Shown piece by piece: positions 55,260 through 62,662 of a stretch of DNA of 62,662 nucleotides (positions are counted from its first letter, which is position 1; the number at the start of each line of letters is the position of its first letter). The notes beneath the pieces were generated by a model. The model saw nothing but the letters and a program-made list of their open reading frames with translations. It had not been told where the DNA came from and did no database searches. The stretch is from a virus. Lineage: Duplodnaviria > Caudoviricetes. The position numbers and the translations under genes are program-made. The DNA is taken from the IMG/VR virus record IMGVR_UViG_3300032304_002568, positions 1-62,662 of that record; one strand, given 5' to 3'.

Positions 55260-56280
55260 GTCTCGCGTAATGTCTCTCCACGACTCTTACATCATCTCCC
55301 ATCCACTGCGCGATCTTGAAGATCGAGCATCCGGCACTGGCGAGGAGGCTCGCGAAGGTGTGCCGCATCACATGGGGCGTCACCCACGGGCAGCCCTTCT
55401 CCTCCATATACTCCTTGAAGGGGCGGGTGAAGTCGTAGCGGTAGAGGCTGCGTCCCTTTTCCACATCGGGGGCGATCATGTAGGGTTTGTGAAGCCCGAA
55501 TTTTTGCAAGAAGCCTTTGAACTCTCCCGTGAGGGGGATCGTTCGCTCCTCCTTGTCCTTGAAGTCGATTCCCGCGTGTTTGCGCAGGTGGAGCAGTCCC
55601 GCCTTCAAGTCGAACCAGTCGGCCTTGGACTCCACAATTTCATTAAACCGCAAACCGGCATGAAACCCACAAAACAAAACATACTTCAGTTCTTCCCTGG
55701 GGCACTCAAGGATCAGGCTGTCGCGCAGTTCGGGCTCGCAGAATTTCTTTCGCACGCCCGGCTTCGGAGCCTTGATCTTTTGGGTGCTTCGTCTTTCGGT
55801 CAGCGGGGTAACGGGGTTGGAAGCGCAGGTGCGCTTCACCTCCTTGCACCAGTTGAAAAATCCTTGAATGGTCATGAGGTTCCCGTAGGCCGTGCTTCGG
55901 GCAACCTGCGTGCAGCGAAAATCGTGGTAGGCCCGAATGCGATCGGTCGTCACTTGGGAAGGCTCCACGCGCCCCGTCCATTTCGCCCACTGCTTCAAGA
56001 CAGGCCCCTTCGCGTCCAGCGAGGCTGCCGTCCACTTCGCGCTCGACTCGCAAAAGCGGATATAATCGAGAACGGCAAACTCCAACCACTCGCCGTCGCT
56101 CAGAGCCTCGGCGTTGGTGAGGGCCGAAATCGCTTGAACCGCCTTGAAGGGGTCTCCCGTCTCCAGAGACACGAAATTTCTCTTCCCGTTAATCTGGCGG
56201 GCATACCAATAAGTGGTGCCCCGAAGGTAGAGTCCTTTGACTTTGAGGGCAGGAGAGGGGGCGCGGGGCGGGGTTTTCAT
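55141..56280 (-). CDS. int: Tyrosine recombinase (phage integrase)
   Basis: AGLRFNE, K.K..R, PHVMRHTFAS, RHYA catalytic motifs. Confidence 0.93.
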   Translation of the reverse strand: MKTPPRAPSPALKVKGLYLRGTTYWYARQINGKRNFVSLETGDPFKAVQAISALTNAEALSDGEWLEFAVLDYIRFCESSAKWTAASLDAKGPVLKQWAKWTGRVEPSQVTTDRIRAYHDFRCTQVARSTAYGNLMTIQGFFNWCKEVKRTCASNPVTPLTERRSTQKIKAPKPGVRKKFCEPELRDSLILECPREELKYVLFCGFHAGLRFNEIVESKADWFDLKAGLLHLRKHAGIDFKDKEERTIPLTGEFKGFLQKFGLHKPYMIAPDVEKGRSLYRYDFTRPFKEYMEEKGCPWVTPHVMRHTFASLLASAGCSIFKIAQWMGDDVRVVERHYARLIPSDSEIELLFGRRSEAPPSLPRPRASTPQGTRRSRKG

Positions 56281-56285
56281 AGAAG

Positions 56286-56455
56286 TGTTACAATTTCATT
56301 GTCACACTTCACTGTCACACTTTCAAGTTCTGTATGGAGCCGTATGGGGCTACATGGGCTTGAAGAGTGGTGCGCGATGGCAGGTTCGAACTGCCGACCC
56401 CTACCGTGTCAAGATTGGGATTCATTAGGGAATGTAACACTTTTTTGTAACACTA
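56286..56455. promoter_or_regulatory. Putative integrase arm-type sites TGT(C/A/T)ACA(C/A)T
   Basis: Direct repeats at 56286, 56300, 56313, 56433 and 56446 flank the att core. Confidence 0.65.
56368..56413 (-). other. attP core: 3' half of tRNA-Val(GAC)
   Basis: Reverse complement is CTTGACACGGTAGGGGTCGGCAGTTCGAACCTGCCATCGCGCACCA; 5' half absent; next to the integrase start. Confidence 0.85.
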
Positions 56456-56468
56456 CGGGAGGCGGGTT

Positions 56469-57569
56469 ATGAGTGTGGATGACGAGTATCACGCTCATAA
56501 GCGCCGGCAGGAGGCTTTGTATGTGCTGGCCTTTGATGAGTTCGAGAAAAATCTCACCCCCGCTCAGCGTAGGACGCTGGGTTCGGCGGCGGTGCCGGAT
56601 GTCGAGGATCCTCGGTCGCATAGCTCGCGGCGTGTGTCGCTGGGCGTGTTGACGGATGCGGCGGAGCGCGTGTCGGCCTCCTACTCCCCTAATGTCACCG
56701 AGGCTCTGGATGGGACTCTGGATAATCCCTCGCACGAGTTGTTGGCCGAGGTGCTGGGCATTCCTCTGAATGTGGTGATGGGGGCTGTGCTGGAGGAGTT
56801 GAATCCAACGCCAGAACTTTTGGCTGAGAGTCTGGGAGTATCGCTGGATGTGGCGCAGAGGATTTTCGATTGGCACAACGCAGCGGCTGCACGCAATGCA
56901 GAGAGAATTAGGATGCGGGCGATTGTTCGCATCGCGGGGGTTTTTCTCGACTGCGCCAATACGAAGCTGGCGGCGGCTGGGCTTACCTTTGCGGGTGGTC
57001 TTGCTCTCCAATACGGGCTCGGTTCGATCCAGGATTACGCAACGAGCATCGATGTGTCGCGGTCGGCGATTACTAAGAATGTGAAGTTCTGGCAAAGCGA
57101 ACTGGATTTGCCTGAGCGATTGGCCCCAGAGCTGCGCCATCTTTCGGATCAGCATTATCTGGTCGTTCAAAAACTGGCTTTCCCGAGCGAGCAGGGGTCC
57201 ATTTTGGGTCGTGGCATTCTGGCTTGGCACTATCGGGCTGCGGCGCGGAAGGCTGAGAAAATCAAGGTGCGGGCGATCGAGCGGATCGTAGGGGGATTTC
57301 TTGATTGTGCGAACTCGAAGCTTACGGCGGCTGGTCTGGCTTATGCGGCGGATCTGGCTCTCACAGCGGGGCTGGGGACGATGCAGGATTACGCACTGAA
57401 GATCGCAGTTTCGCGGGCTGCGATCAGCAAAAATGCAAAGTTTTGGCAGCGCGAATTGGGCCTGCCTGCGGCGTCCAATATGCGGGCTGCCGAAAAATGT
57501 CGCGCCTACAGCGAGGCTCAAAAAGCCAAGCACTGGCGCAACCGAAAATTCACCTTAGTCGAGGTGTAA
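56469..57569 (+). CDS. Regulator with duplicated sigma70 region-3-like and region-4-like HTH segments
   Basis: NP(S/T).ELLAE.LG..L.V twice; about 80-aa unit ending QDYA..I.VSR.AI(T/S)KN.KFWQ twice. Confidence 0.55.
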   Translation: MSVDDEYHAHKRRQEALYVLAFDEFEKNLTPAQRRTLGSAAVPDVEDPRSHSSRRVSLGVLTDAAERVSASYSPNVTEALDGTLDNPSHELLAEVLGIPLNVVMGAVLEELNPTPELLAESLGVSLDVAQRIFDWHNAAAARNAERIRMRAIVRIAGVFLDCANTKLAAAGLTFAGGLALQYGLGSIQDYATSIDVSRSAITKNVKFWQSELDLPERLAPELRHLSDQHYLVVQKLAFPSEQGSILGRGILAWHYRAAARKAEKIKVRAIERIVGGFLDCANSKLTAAGLAYAADLALTAGLGTMQDYALKIAVSRAAISKNAKFWQRELGLPAASNMRAAEKCRAYSEAQKAKHWRNRKFTLVEV

Positions 57570-57577
57570 AACAAAAA

Positions 57578-57754
57578 ATGAAAACCATAACAAAAGAACA
57601 GGCAAAGGCCGAGGGCTACCGTCCCCTAACGACGGCATACACGCTCCCTCAAGAGGAGTGGATGATTAACAACATCGTCGCTGATCTGCAGCGCGCAAAT
57701 ATCAACTTCGTCTTCGTGGCGGAATCAACAGGTGTGGAGGTCTGGAAACAATGA
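57578..57754 (+). CDS. Hypothetical protein
   Basis: ATG after an A-rich leader; coupled to the next ORF. Confidence 0.55.
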   Translation: MKTITKEQAKAEGYRPLTTAYTLPQEEWMINNIVADLQRANINFVFVAESTGVEVWKQ

Positions 57755-58440
57755 GCAATCAAGAAGAGGGATTGGATTTGTGGGAGCTGACGCTCTCGGT
57801 TTCTGGCGGCGGCAAGGAAGTGGAGGACGGGGCGAAGGCTCGCTGGACTCCGACGGGGCTGGACTTGCCGGAGACGACGACACTGGAAAATATCAAGGAA
57901 ATCCTCACGGCTTTTAAGGCTTGGGATACGGCGGGCGCGGTGGCGCTGGCGGATCTTTTTAGCTTCGTTCGCAGTAACGGCTGGGAGCGTGAGGTGGAGG
58001 CGATGCTGGCGCAGATGGAGTTTGATTTGGCTTTGGTGAAACGGGCGCGGGCGGTGAGCGATGTGCCGAGAGGGCTGCGGCATCCGAAGCTGACGGCGGA
58101 GCATTATTTCGTGGTCGCAGGGCTGGAGTATGATTGGCAGGCGCATTGGCTGGCGAAGGCGGTGAAGCACAAGATGACGGGGCTTGTGCTCAAGCGTTCC
58201 ATTGAGGCCAAGCGGGTGCTGACGAAGGAAGAGATCGAGATGATGAGCGGCCAGGGAAGCGGCATCCTGAACTATCACGGCGTGCTGAACCGCTGGGAGC
58301 GTTGGGAGAAGAAGGTGGGTGGTGAGGAAGGCATCCTCTCATGGCCGCCAGAGACGCTGGAACGCTGGGTCGAGGATGTGGCTCCCATCGCGAAGCTGCA
58401 TGATAAAGCTGTGGCGAAGCTGAAGGAGGCATCGAAATGA
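57751..58440 (+). CDS. Hypothetical DNA-binding protein
   Basis: RHPKLT.EHY..VA.L....Q..WL.KA pattern seen in phage replication regions. Confidence 0.55.
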   Translation: MSNQEEGLDLWELTLSVSGGGKEVEDGAKARWTPTGLDLPETTTLENIKEILTAFKAWDTAGAVALADLFSFVRSNGWEREVEAMLAQMEFDLALVKRARAVSDVPRGLRHPKLTAEHYFVVAGLEYDWQAHWLAKAVKHKMTGLVLKRSIEAKRVLTKEEIEMMSGQGSGILNYHGVLNRWERWEKKVGGEEGILSWPPETLERWVEDVAPIAKLHDKAVAKLKEASK

Positions 58441-58859
58441 GCGTGCGATTTGTGGTGGATGCGGATGGTGAGGAAGTGATCGAGCATCGTGATTCAAGAA
58501 TCCTCGGAGATATGGAGGATATTTTGTTGGAGGCATTGGATTTTTCCTCCACAGGGCGCGAGGAGACGGCGGCGAAGGCTGCGGTGTTGACTGAGCGCGG
58601 GTCGCATGTGTCGGGCTTCGTATTGAGGCCCGACGATGGAGTTTCGGATGTGGCGATTGTTTGCAATGGCTGCACTCGGAGGCTCTCGCCTGCGGAGATG
58701 CAGTGGCTCATGCACGAGTCGCACTCGCCAATCACGATGGATGTGGCTGGGCTTCTGGAAGAGAACCGGAGACTGGCTCGCAGGCTGGATGAGATGACAT
58801 CGACCAACATGCTGCAGCAGGCGGTGGTGCGCGAGCTGCGGGCAAAACTTAAAAAATAG
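58437..58859 (+). CDS. Hypothetical protein
   Basis: Coupled ORF. Confidence 0.5.
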   Translation: MSVRFVVDADGEEVIEHRDSRILGDMEDILLEALDFSSTGREETAAKAAVLTERGSHVSGFVLRPDDGVSDVAIVCNGCTRRLSPAEMQWLMHESHSPITMDVAGLLEENRRLARRLDEMTSTNMLQQAVVRELRAKLKK

Positions 58860-58877
58860 AGAGGCTAAAAAAAACCT

Positions 58878-60197
58878 GTGGTGGATGTGAGCGAAATAAA
58901 GGCTCGGGTGACTCTGCGTGAGTTGCTGGAGCGGGATGGGGTGTCCCTGCGTCGAGCAGGGACATCCTGGGTGGCGTGCTGTCCCATCCACAATGAGACG
59001 ACACCTTCTTTCCACCTGCATGAGAAGGCGGGTGGGGATTGGTTCAAATGCTTTGGCTGCGATGCCAAGGGGGATGTGGTGGAGTATATGCAGTTGGCGC
59101 ATGGGATGGATTTCATCCAAGCGAAGGATGCGCTGGCGGCACTCGCGGGGTTGGGCGGCTCGCGGGATGCGATCCCGAGGCCGCTGCCGAAGCGGGAGTT
59201 GCCGCAAGAGGAGGCGGTGGTGATCGACGCTCTGGTGGGTGAGTCGGCTCTGAAGTGGGAGCGGGCTTGCGCGGAGCTATACACGGATGGGGCTGAGGTG
59301 GCGCGCTGGGCGGTGTGGCGTGGCATTCGCCCAGAGGTGATCGCTTGGGCTGGTAGGCGGCAACTTTGCGGGCGGGTGATGATGTATGGCGCGTGGCGGG
59401 AGGCGTTCCTGATCCGCGATGTGGTGGATGGTGTGGTGAGGGATATCGGCTTCCATGTGCGCTTGGCTCCTCGCAAGGAGGGGGAGAAGGCGAGCTGGCG
59501 CTACTCGAATCGCTGGGTGGAGGGTGAGCGGCTGGAGTGCGATACCTCTCGGGGGCTGGGGGCGTGGCCTTTTGTGGTGCTGCCGGAGGGTGGCAGTGAG
59601 GCGGCGAAGTATATATTCTGCTGCGAGGGGCAGTGGGATGCGCTGGCGCTGATCGATGTGATGGGCTGGGAGGCGAAGTGGCCTGCCCAGGTGGCGGTTT
59701 TCGGAATGCGGGGGGCGACGAGTTGGAAGCGGATGCTGGAATACGCGCTGCGGAATGATGCGACGGCTTTTCTGATGGCGGATAATGATGAGGCGGGCCG
59801 GGGTTGGTTTGTTGGCGAGGAAAATTTCGCGGAGGCTCTGCGGAAGCGGGTGAAGGCAATCCATGGATACTCGCCTGTGGCGAAGGATCTCAATGATGAT
59901 GTGCGGGGCTTGGATGAGGCGGGGCGTGAGGCGTTCCGCGCGAATCTGCGGAAGCGGATCGCGAAGCAGAAGGGGCTGGTGAAGATGAAACCGACTTTCC
60001 TGAAATGGCTCTCGGGGGAGAAAAAGAAGGGGCGCACGGATGGGGTGGTGGAATTTGCGAAGGTGGTGACGCGCCGTGGTGCGCAGGTGCCGAAGGGGCG
60101 GGCGCGCAAGAAGGTGTGGGTGCGATTCATGCAGGCATGGCCGGAGCATGAGGGCGCGTTTTTTAAGGCTTGGGCTGAGTGGGAGGCGATCCAGTGA
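58878..60197 (+). CDS. DNA primase (CHC2 zinc finger plus TOPRIM)
   Basis: CPIHNETTPSF...FKCFGC..KGD; CEGQWDAL; ADNDEAG; KDLND. Confidence 0.9.
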   Translation: MVDVSEIKARVTLRELLERDGVSLRRAGTSWVACCPIHNETTPSFHLHEKAGGDWFKCFGCDAKGDVVEYMQLAHGMDFIQAKDALAALAGLGGSRDAIPRPLPKRELPQEEAVVIDALVGESALKWERACAELYTDGAEVARWAVWRGIRPEVIAWAGRRQLCGRVMMYGAWREAFLIRDVVDGVVRDIGFHVRLAPRKEGEKASWRYSNRWVEGERLECDTSRGLGAWPFVVLPEGGSEAAKYIFCCEGQWDALALIDVMGWEAKWPAQVAVFGMRGATSWKRMLEYALRNDATAFLMADNDEAGRGWFVGEENFAEALRKRVKAIHGYSPVAKDLNDDVRGLDEAGREAFRANLRKRIAKQKGLVKMKPTFLKWLSGEKKKGRTDGVVEFAKVVTRRGAQVPKGRARKKVWVRFMQAWPEHEGAFFKAWAEWEAIQ

Positions 60198-60697
60198 GCG
60201 CAGCGGCGAATACGGCCGTGCAGGCAAGTGCGTCTCTCGGGCTGCATGAGGTGCTGACGGGCTCGATGGCGGCGCAATATGGGACATTGCCGCTCATCCC
60301 GCTGCCGCAGGAGGAGGATTTGCTGCTGAAGTTCATCCGCCAGATGGGGGCGGTGCTGGCGGACAAGGGGATATACCGACGGGATATGGTGATCGTGCTG
60401 GTGGATGCGGAGATGCCGAGGATGAATATCTTGGAGCCGGAGGTCTTCTGCTCGTGGGCGCAGAACTATGTGGTGAACTACAAGCTCCGCTACGACAAAA
60501 ATGGTGAACCTTTTACGACATACAAGGATATGCCGACCGAGATCGCGAAGAAGACGCTGATGAGCCCGACTTTCTCGCCTTTCGTGCCGAAGATCGATGA
60601 GATTTTCCCGATCCCGATGCCGTGCGATAACGAGGACGATGTGGCATTGATGGCTCCGGGTTTCGATGAGGGCAAGTTTATATTTGTATTTGAATAA
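60194..60697 (+). CDS. Probable N-terminal part of a primase-associated helicase
   Basis: GTG overlaps the primase stop; ends in PGFD. Confidence 0.55.
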   Translation: MSAAANTAVQASASLGLHEVLTGSMAAQYGTLPLIPLPQEEDLLLKFIRQMGAVLADKGIYRRDMVIVLVDAEMPRMNILEPEVFCSWAQNYVVNYKLRYDKNGEPFTTYKDMPTEIAKKTLMSPTFSPFVPKIDEIFPIPMPCDNEDDVALMAPGFDEGKFIFVFE

Positions 60698-60700
60698 TTT

Positions 60701-60959
60701 ATGAAAAAAACAAAAAACACACAAAATAAAGAGCAGATGGCGTTTGCGGTAACGCGCGGTAGTATTTAACAAAAACGAGTCGTTGTATGGTGAATACTCG
60801 ACAGATATTGAGTTGTATCATGATGGGACAGACTCCTGGCTGTGTATCACGCAAGAAGGGATAGGTAGGGGCTCTATTGAGATAAATTTTGATGAGTGGC
60901 CTTTATTGCAGGCTGCTGTTGAACTTTTAATAAAAACCCAACCTCCAAAATTCAATTAG
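60701..60959 (+). pseudogene. Small AT-rich gene with a +1 frameshift near 60758
   Basis: MKKTKNTQNKEQMAFAVTR continues in another frame as VVFNKNESLYGEYSTDIEL...EWPLLQAAVELL to TAG 60959. Confidence 0.5.
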
Positions 60960-60964
60960 CCTTT

Positions 60965-62236
60965 ATGGAAATAAGAAAAACACCAGTAACAAGAGAAAAT
61001 CCTTACTATGAATGGACATTGCAAGAGTCTACGGATTATTTGCGATGGATTTTAAGGGAGTTCCCATTTGGGGATTGGAAGACGGTAGAGGTGTCGGAGG
61101 CTGATGGGGGCACGGGCGAGCCGATCCGGCAGAGTCGCTCGCAGGCTGTGCAGGTGGCGGCGATGTTGTCGCTTTTCTGTATGGGTTTGATCCCGAAGGG
61201 GTCAAACAGGATGGGCTTCATCTATAATGCGAATAGCCAGCGGTCTGGAAAGACGCTGCTGGCGAAGCTGGCGATCATGACGGTGACAGGAACCTTCAAG
61301 GCTCAGCCTTGGAAGGGGAATGAGGAGGAGTTGAATAAGCTGCTGGATGCGGAGATGTTAGCCGGATCGATGTATGTATGCTTCGACAATGTGAGGGGCT
61401 ATATGTCAAGCCAGACGCTGGAGGGGCTGATGACTTCTCCGCAGTGGACTGGGCGTGTGCTGGGCAGGACGCAGATGTTCACAGCGGAAAACCGGATGAA
61501 TCTCTTCATAACGGGTAACGACTGCATTGTGTCGCCGGATATGTCGCATCGTTGCTTGATCTGCGATCTTTTTGTGGAACAGGGAGATGTGCAGGAGCGC
61601 CAGGTGGAGAACCTCATCGATGAGCCTTGGCTCATGGACAAGGAGAACCGGCGCAATACGCTCTCGGCCCTGTGGGGGATCGTGAGGGCTTGGGGCAAGG
61701 CTGGGAAACCGAAGGCGGCGAGCTTCGGCTACAAGCCGCGCCTAGGTTTCGAGCGTTGGGGAGAGATCATCGGCGGGGTTGTAGGGTTTGCCGGGTTTGG
61801 TAATCCGCTGGAAAAAGTCCAGTTGGAGCAGGCTGGTGACTCGGAGGAGAGGAACATCCGCAAGCTGATAGATAAGATGCGGCAAATGACATTGGGTGAT
61901 AATCGCGGAGAGTTTGACTTCCAGACTGTAGTGAACTTTTGCCGAGACGAGGGGTTGTTTGACTATATGCTTGATGGGAGAGAGGGGGCGGATGGATTCA
62001 AGCTCAATCCCTCATCGGCAAGCAAGTTCGGGCTGACGATCGGACGATATGCGCCAAAAGTAAGTGGAGGATATTGGGGCAAGGATAATGACAAAAGCAG
62101 GCCACCGAGAAAGTATCGCCGAAAGGTGCTGGAGGATGATTCAGGTCGCAAGAAGCCAGTTGGATCAGAGGAAGTTGTTGTGTTTGGTTGTTTTGGAGAA
62201 GGCAGGGGAAGGAAATTCTATATCGAGTGGAATTAA
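60965..62236 (+). CDS. P-loop NTPase/helicase (primase-associated), C-terminal part
   Basis: EFPF, Walker A ANSQRSGKT, Walker B CFDN, TGN, arginine-finger-like HR. Confidence 0.75.
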   Translation: MEIRKTPVTRENPYYEWTLQESTDYLRWILREFPFGDWKTVEVSEADGGTGEPIRQSRSQAVQVAAMLSLFCMGLIPKGSNRMGFIYNANSQRSGKTLLAKLAIMTVTGTFKAQPWKGNEEELNKLLDAEMLAGSMYVCFDNVRGYMSSQTLEGLMTSPQWTGRVLGRTQMFTAENRMNLFITGNDCIVSPDMSHRCLICDLFVEQGDVQERQVENLIDEPWLMDKENRRNTLSALWGIVRAWGKAGKPKAASFGYKPRLGFERWGEIIGGVVGFAGFGNPLEKVQLEQAGDSEERNIRKLIDKMRQMTLGDNRGEFDFQTVVNFCRDEGLFDYMLDGREGADGFKLNPSSASKFGLTIGRYAPKVSGGYWGKDNDKSRPPRKYRRKVLEDDSGRKKPVGSEEVVVFGCFGEGRGRKFYIEWN

Positions 62237-62257
62237 GTGGTAACACAATGGTTCTTG

Positions 62258-62292
62258 AGGGTGACAGGAAATCCCTGTCACCCTTTTTCTTT
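62258..62292 (+). terminator. Rho-independent terminator
   Basis: AGGGTGACAGG...CCTGTCACCCT followed by a T run. Confidence 0.75.
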
Positions 62293-62337
62293 TATACCGA
62301 CCTTGCAACGGGTTCATTTTCAAGGGCTGCAATGGTC

Positions 62338-62607
62338 TTGCAGGGGTTATGCAGGGGTTCATTGAAACCATGCTAAATGGAAGTTACTCGATGCAATTTA
62401 CTTATAAATTCAGTGCAGGGGTTGCAGGGGTTGCAGGGGTTTTTTGTAATATGAAAAAAATCAAAGAAATTCAATTTTCAGATATTTTTTTATAAATGCG
62501 GAAAATACCCCTGCAACCCCTGCAAGTGGTGATGAGGCGTTATTAAGTCTCGCATCCATATTCTGTTGAGTGGTGCATTGGTCTCTGGCAACCCCTGCAT
62601 AACCCCC
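62338..62607. repeat. Putative replication origin: TGCAGGGGT iterons facing inverted copies across an AT-rich core
   Basis: Five forward copies (62339-62440), three reverse copies (62507-62600), AT-rich 62441-62505. Confidence 0.6.
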
Positions 62608-62662
62608 GACCCTTTTCAGCCACCACCATGGTAAAGGAATCTTTTACTACAGGAAACAGCGA

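Noticed and set aside
56368-56413. Functional tRNA-Val gene
   Set aside because: The 5' half (acceptor strand and D-arm) is missing; better explained as the attP core
55033-56472. 479-aa plus-strand ORF
   Set aside because: Antisense shadow of the integrase that runs through attP and has no motifs
1-62662. Naming the host lineage
   Set aside because: The repeat style is suggestive of PVC-group bacteria, but this cannot be established without searching the attP core and ssb

Overview
The window is a large part of a temperate tailed-phage (siphovirus-like) genome in its excised form, with almost all genes on the + strand. Gene order: small early genes (DEDDh exonuclease, HNH, RNA-ligase-like); lambda-type portal; about 12 kb of unusual modular 'cargo' genes; prohead protease/scaffold, decoration protein and major capsid; tRNA-Met and two candidate structured RNAs; SSB; head-tail and tail genes with the tape measure; a long baseplate/fibre region; lysis genes (CHAP endolysin); a divergent pair of ribbon-helix-helix regulators; tyrosine integrase next to an attP that copies the 3' half of tRNA-Val(GAC); a sigma-region-3/4-like protein; primase, split helicase and a probable origin. 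No terminase was recognised in the window. Three signals stand out. (1) Polyproteins around the head genes are made of effector-like modules (two ADP-ribosyltransferase-like, two HEXXH, one LRAT/NlpC-like, one DUF5872-like, glycine zippers). The modules are joined by a linker (L/F)SAKLRLRE(L/F)A seen over 20 times and echoed in the scaffold, which suggests a capsid-packaged, protease-processed cargo system. (2) Short dispersed DNA repeats often sit in frame at the module junctions. (3) GTTGAC lies 15-18 nt before the ATG of 14 late genes, which suggests an unusual leaderless late promoter. All function calls come from motif reading by eye; no database searches were run.
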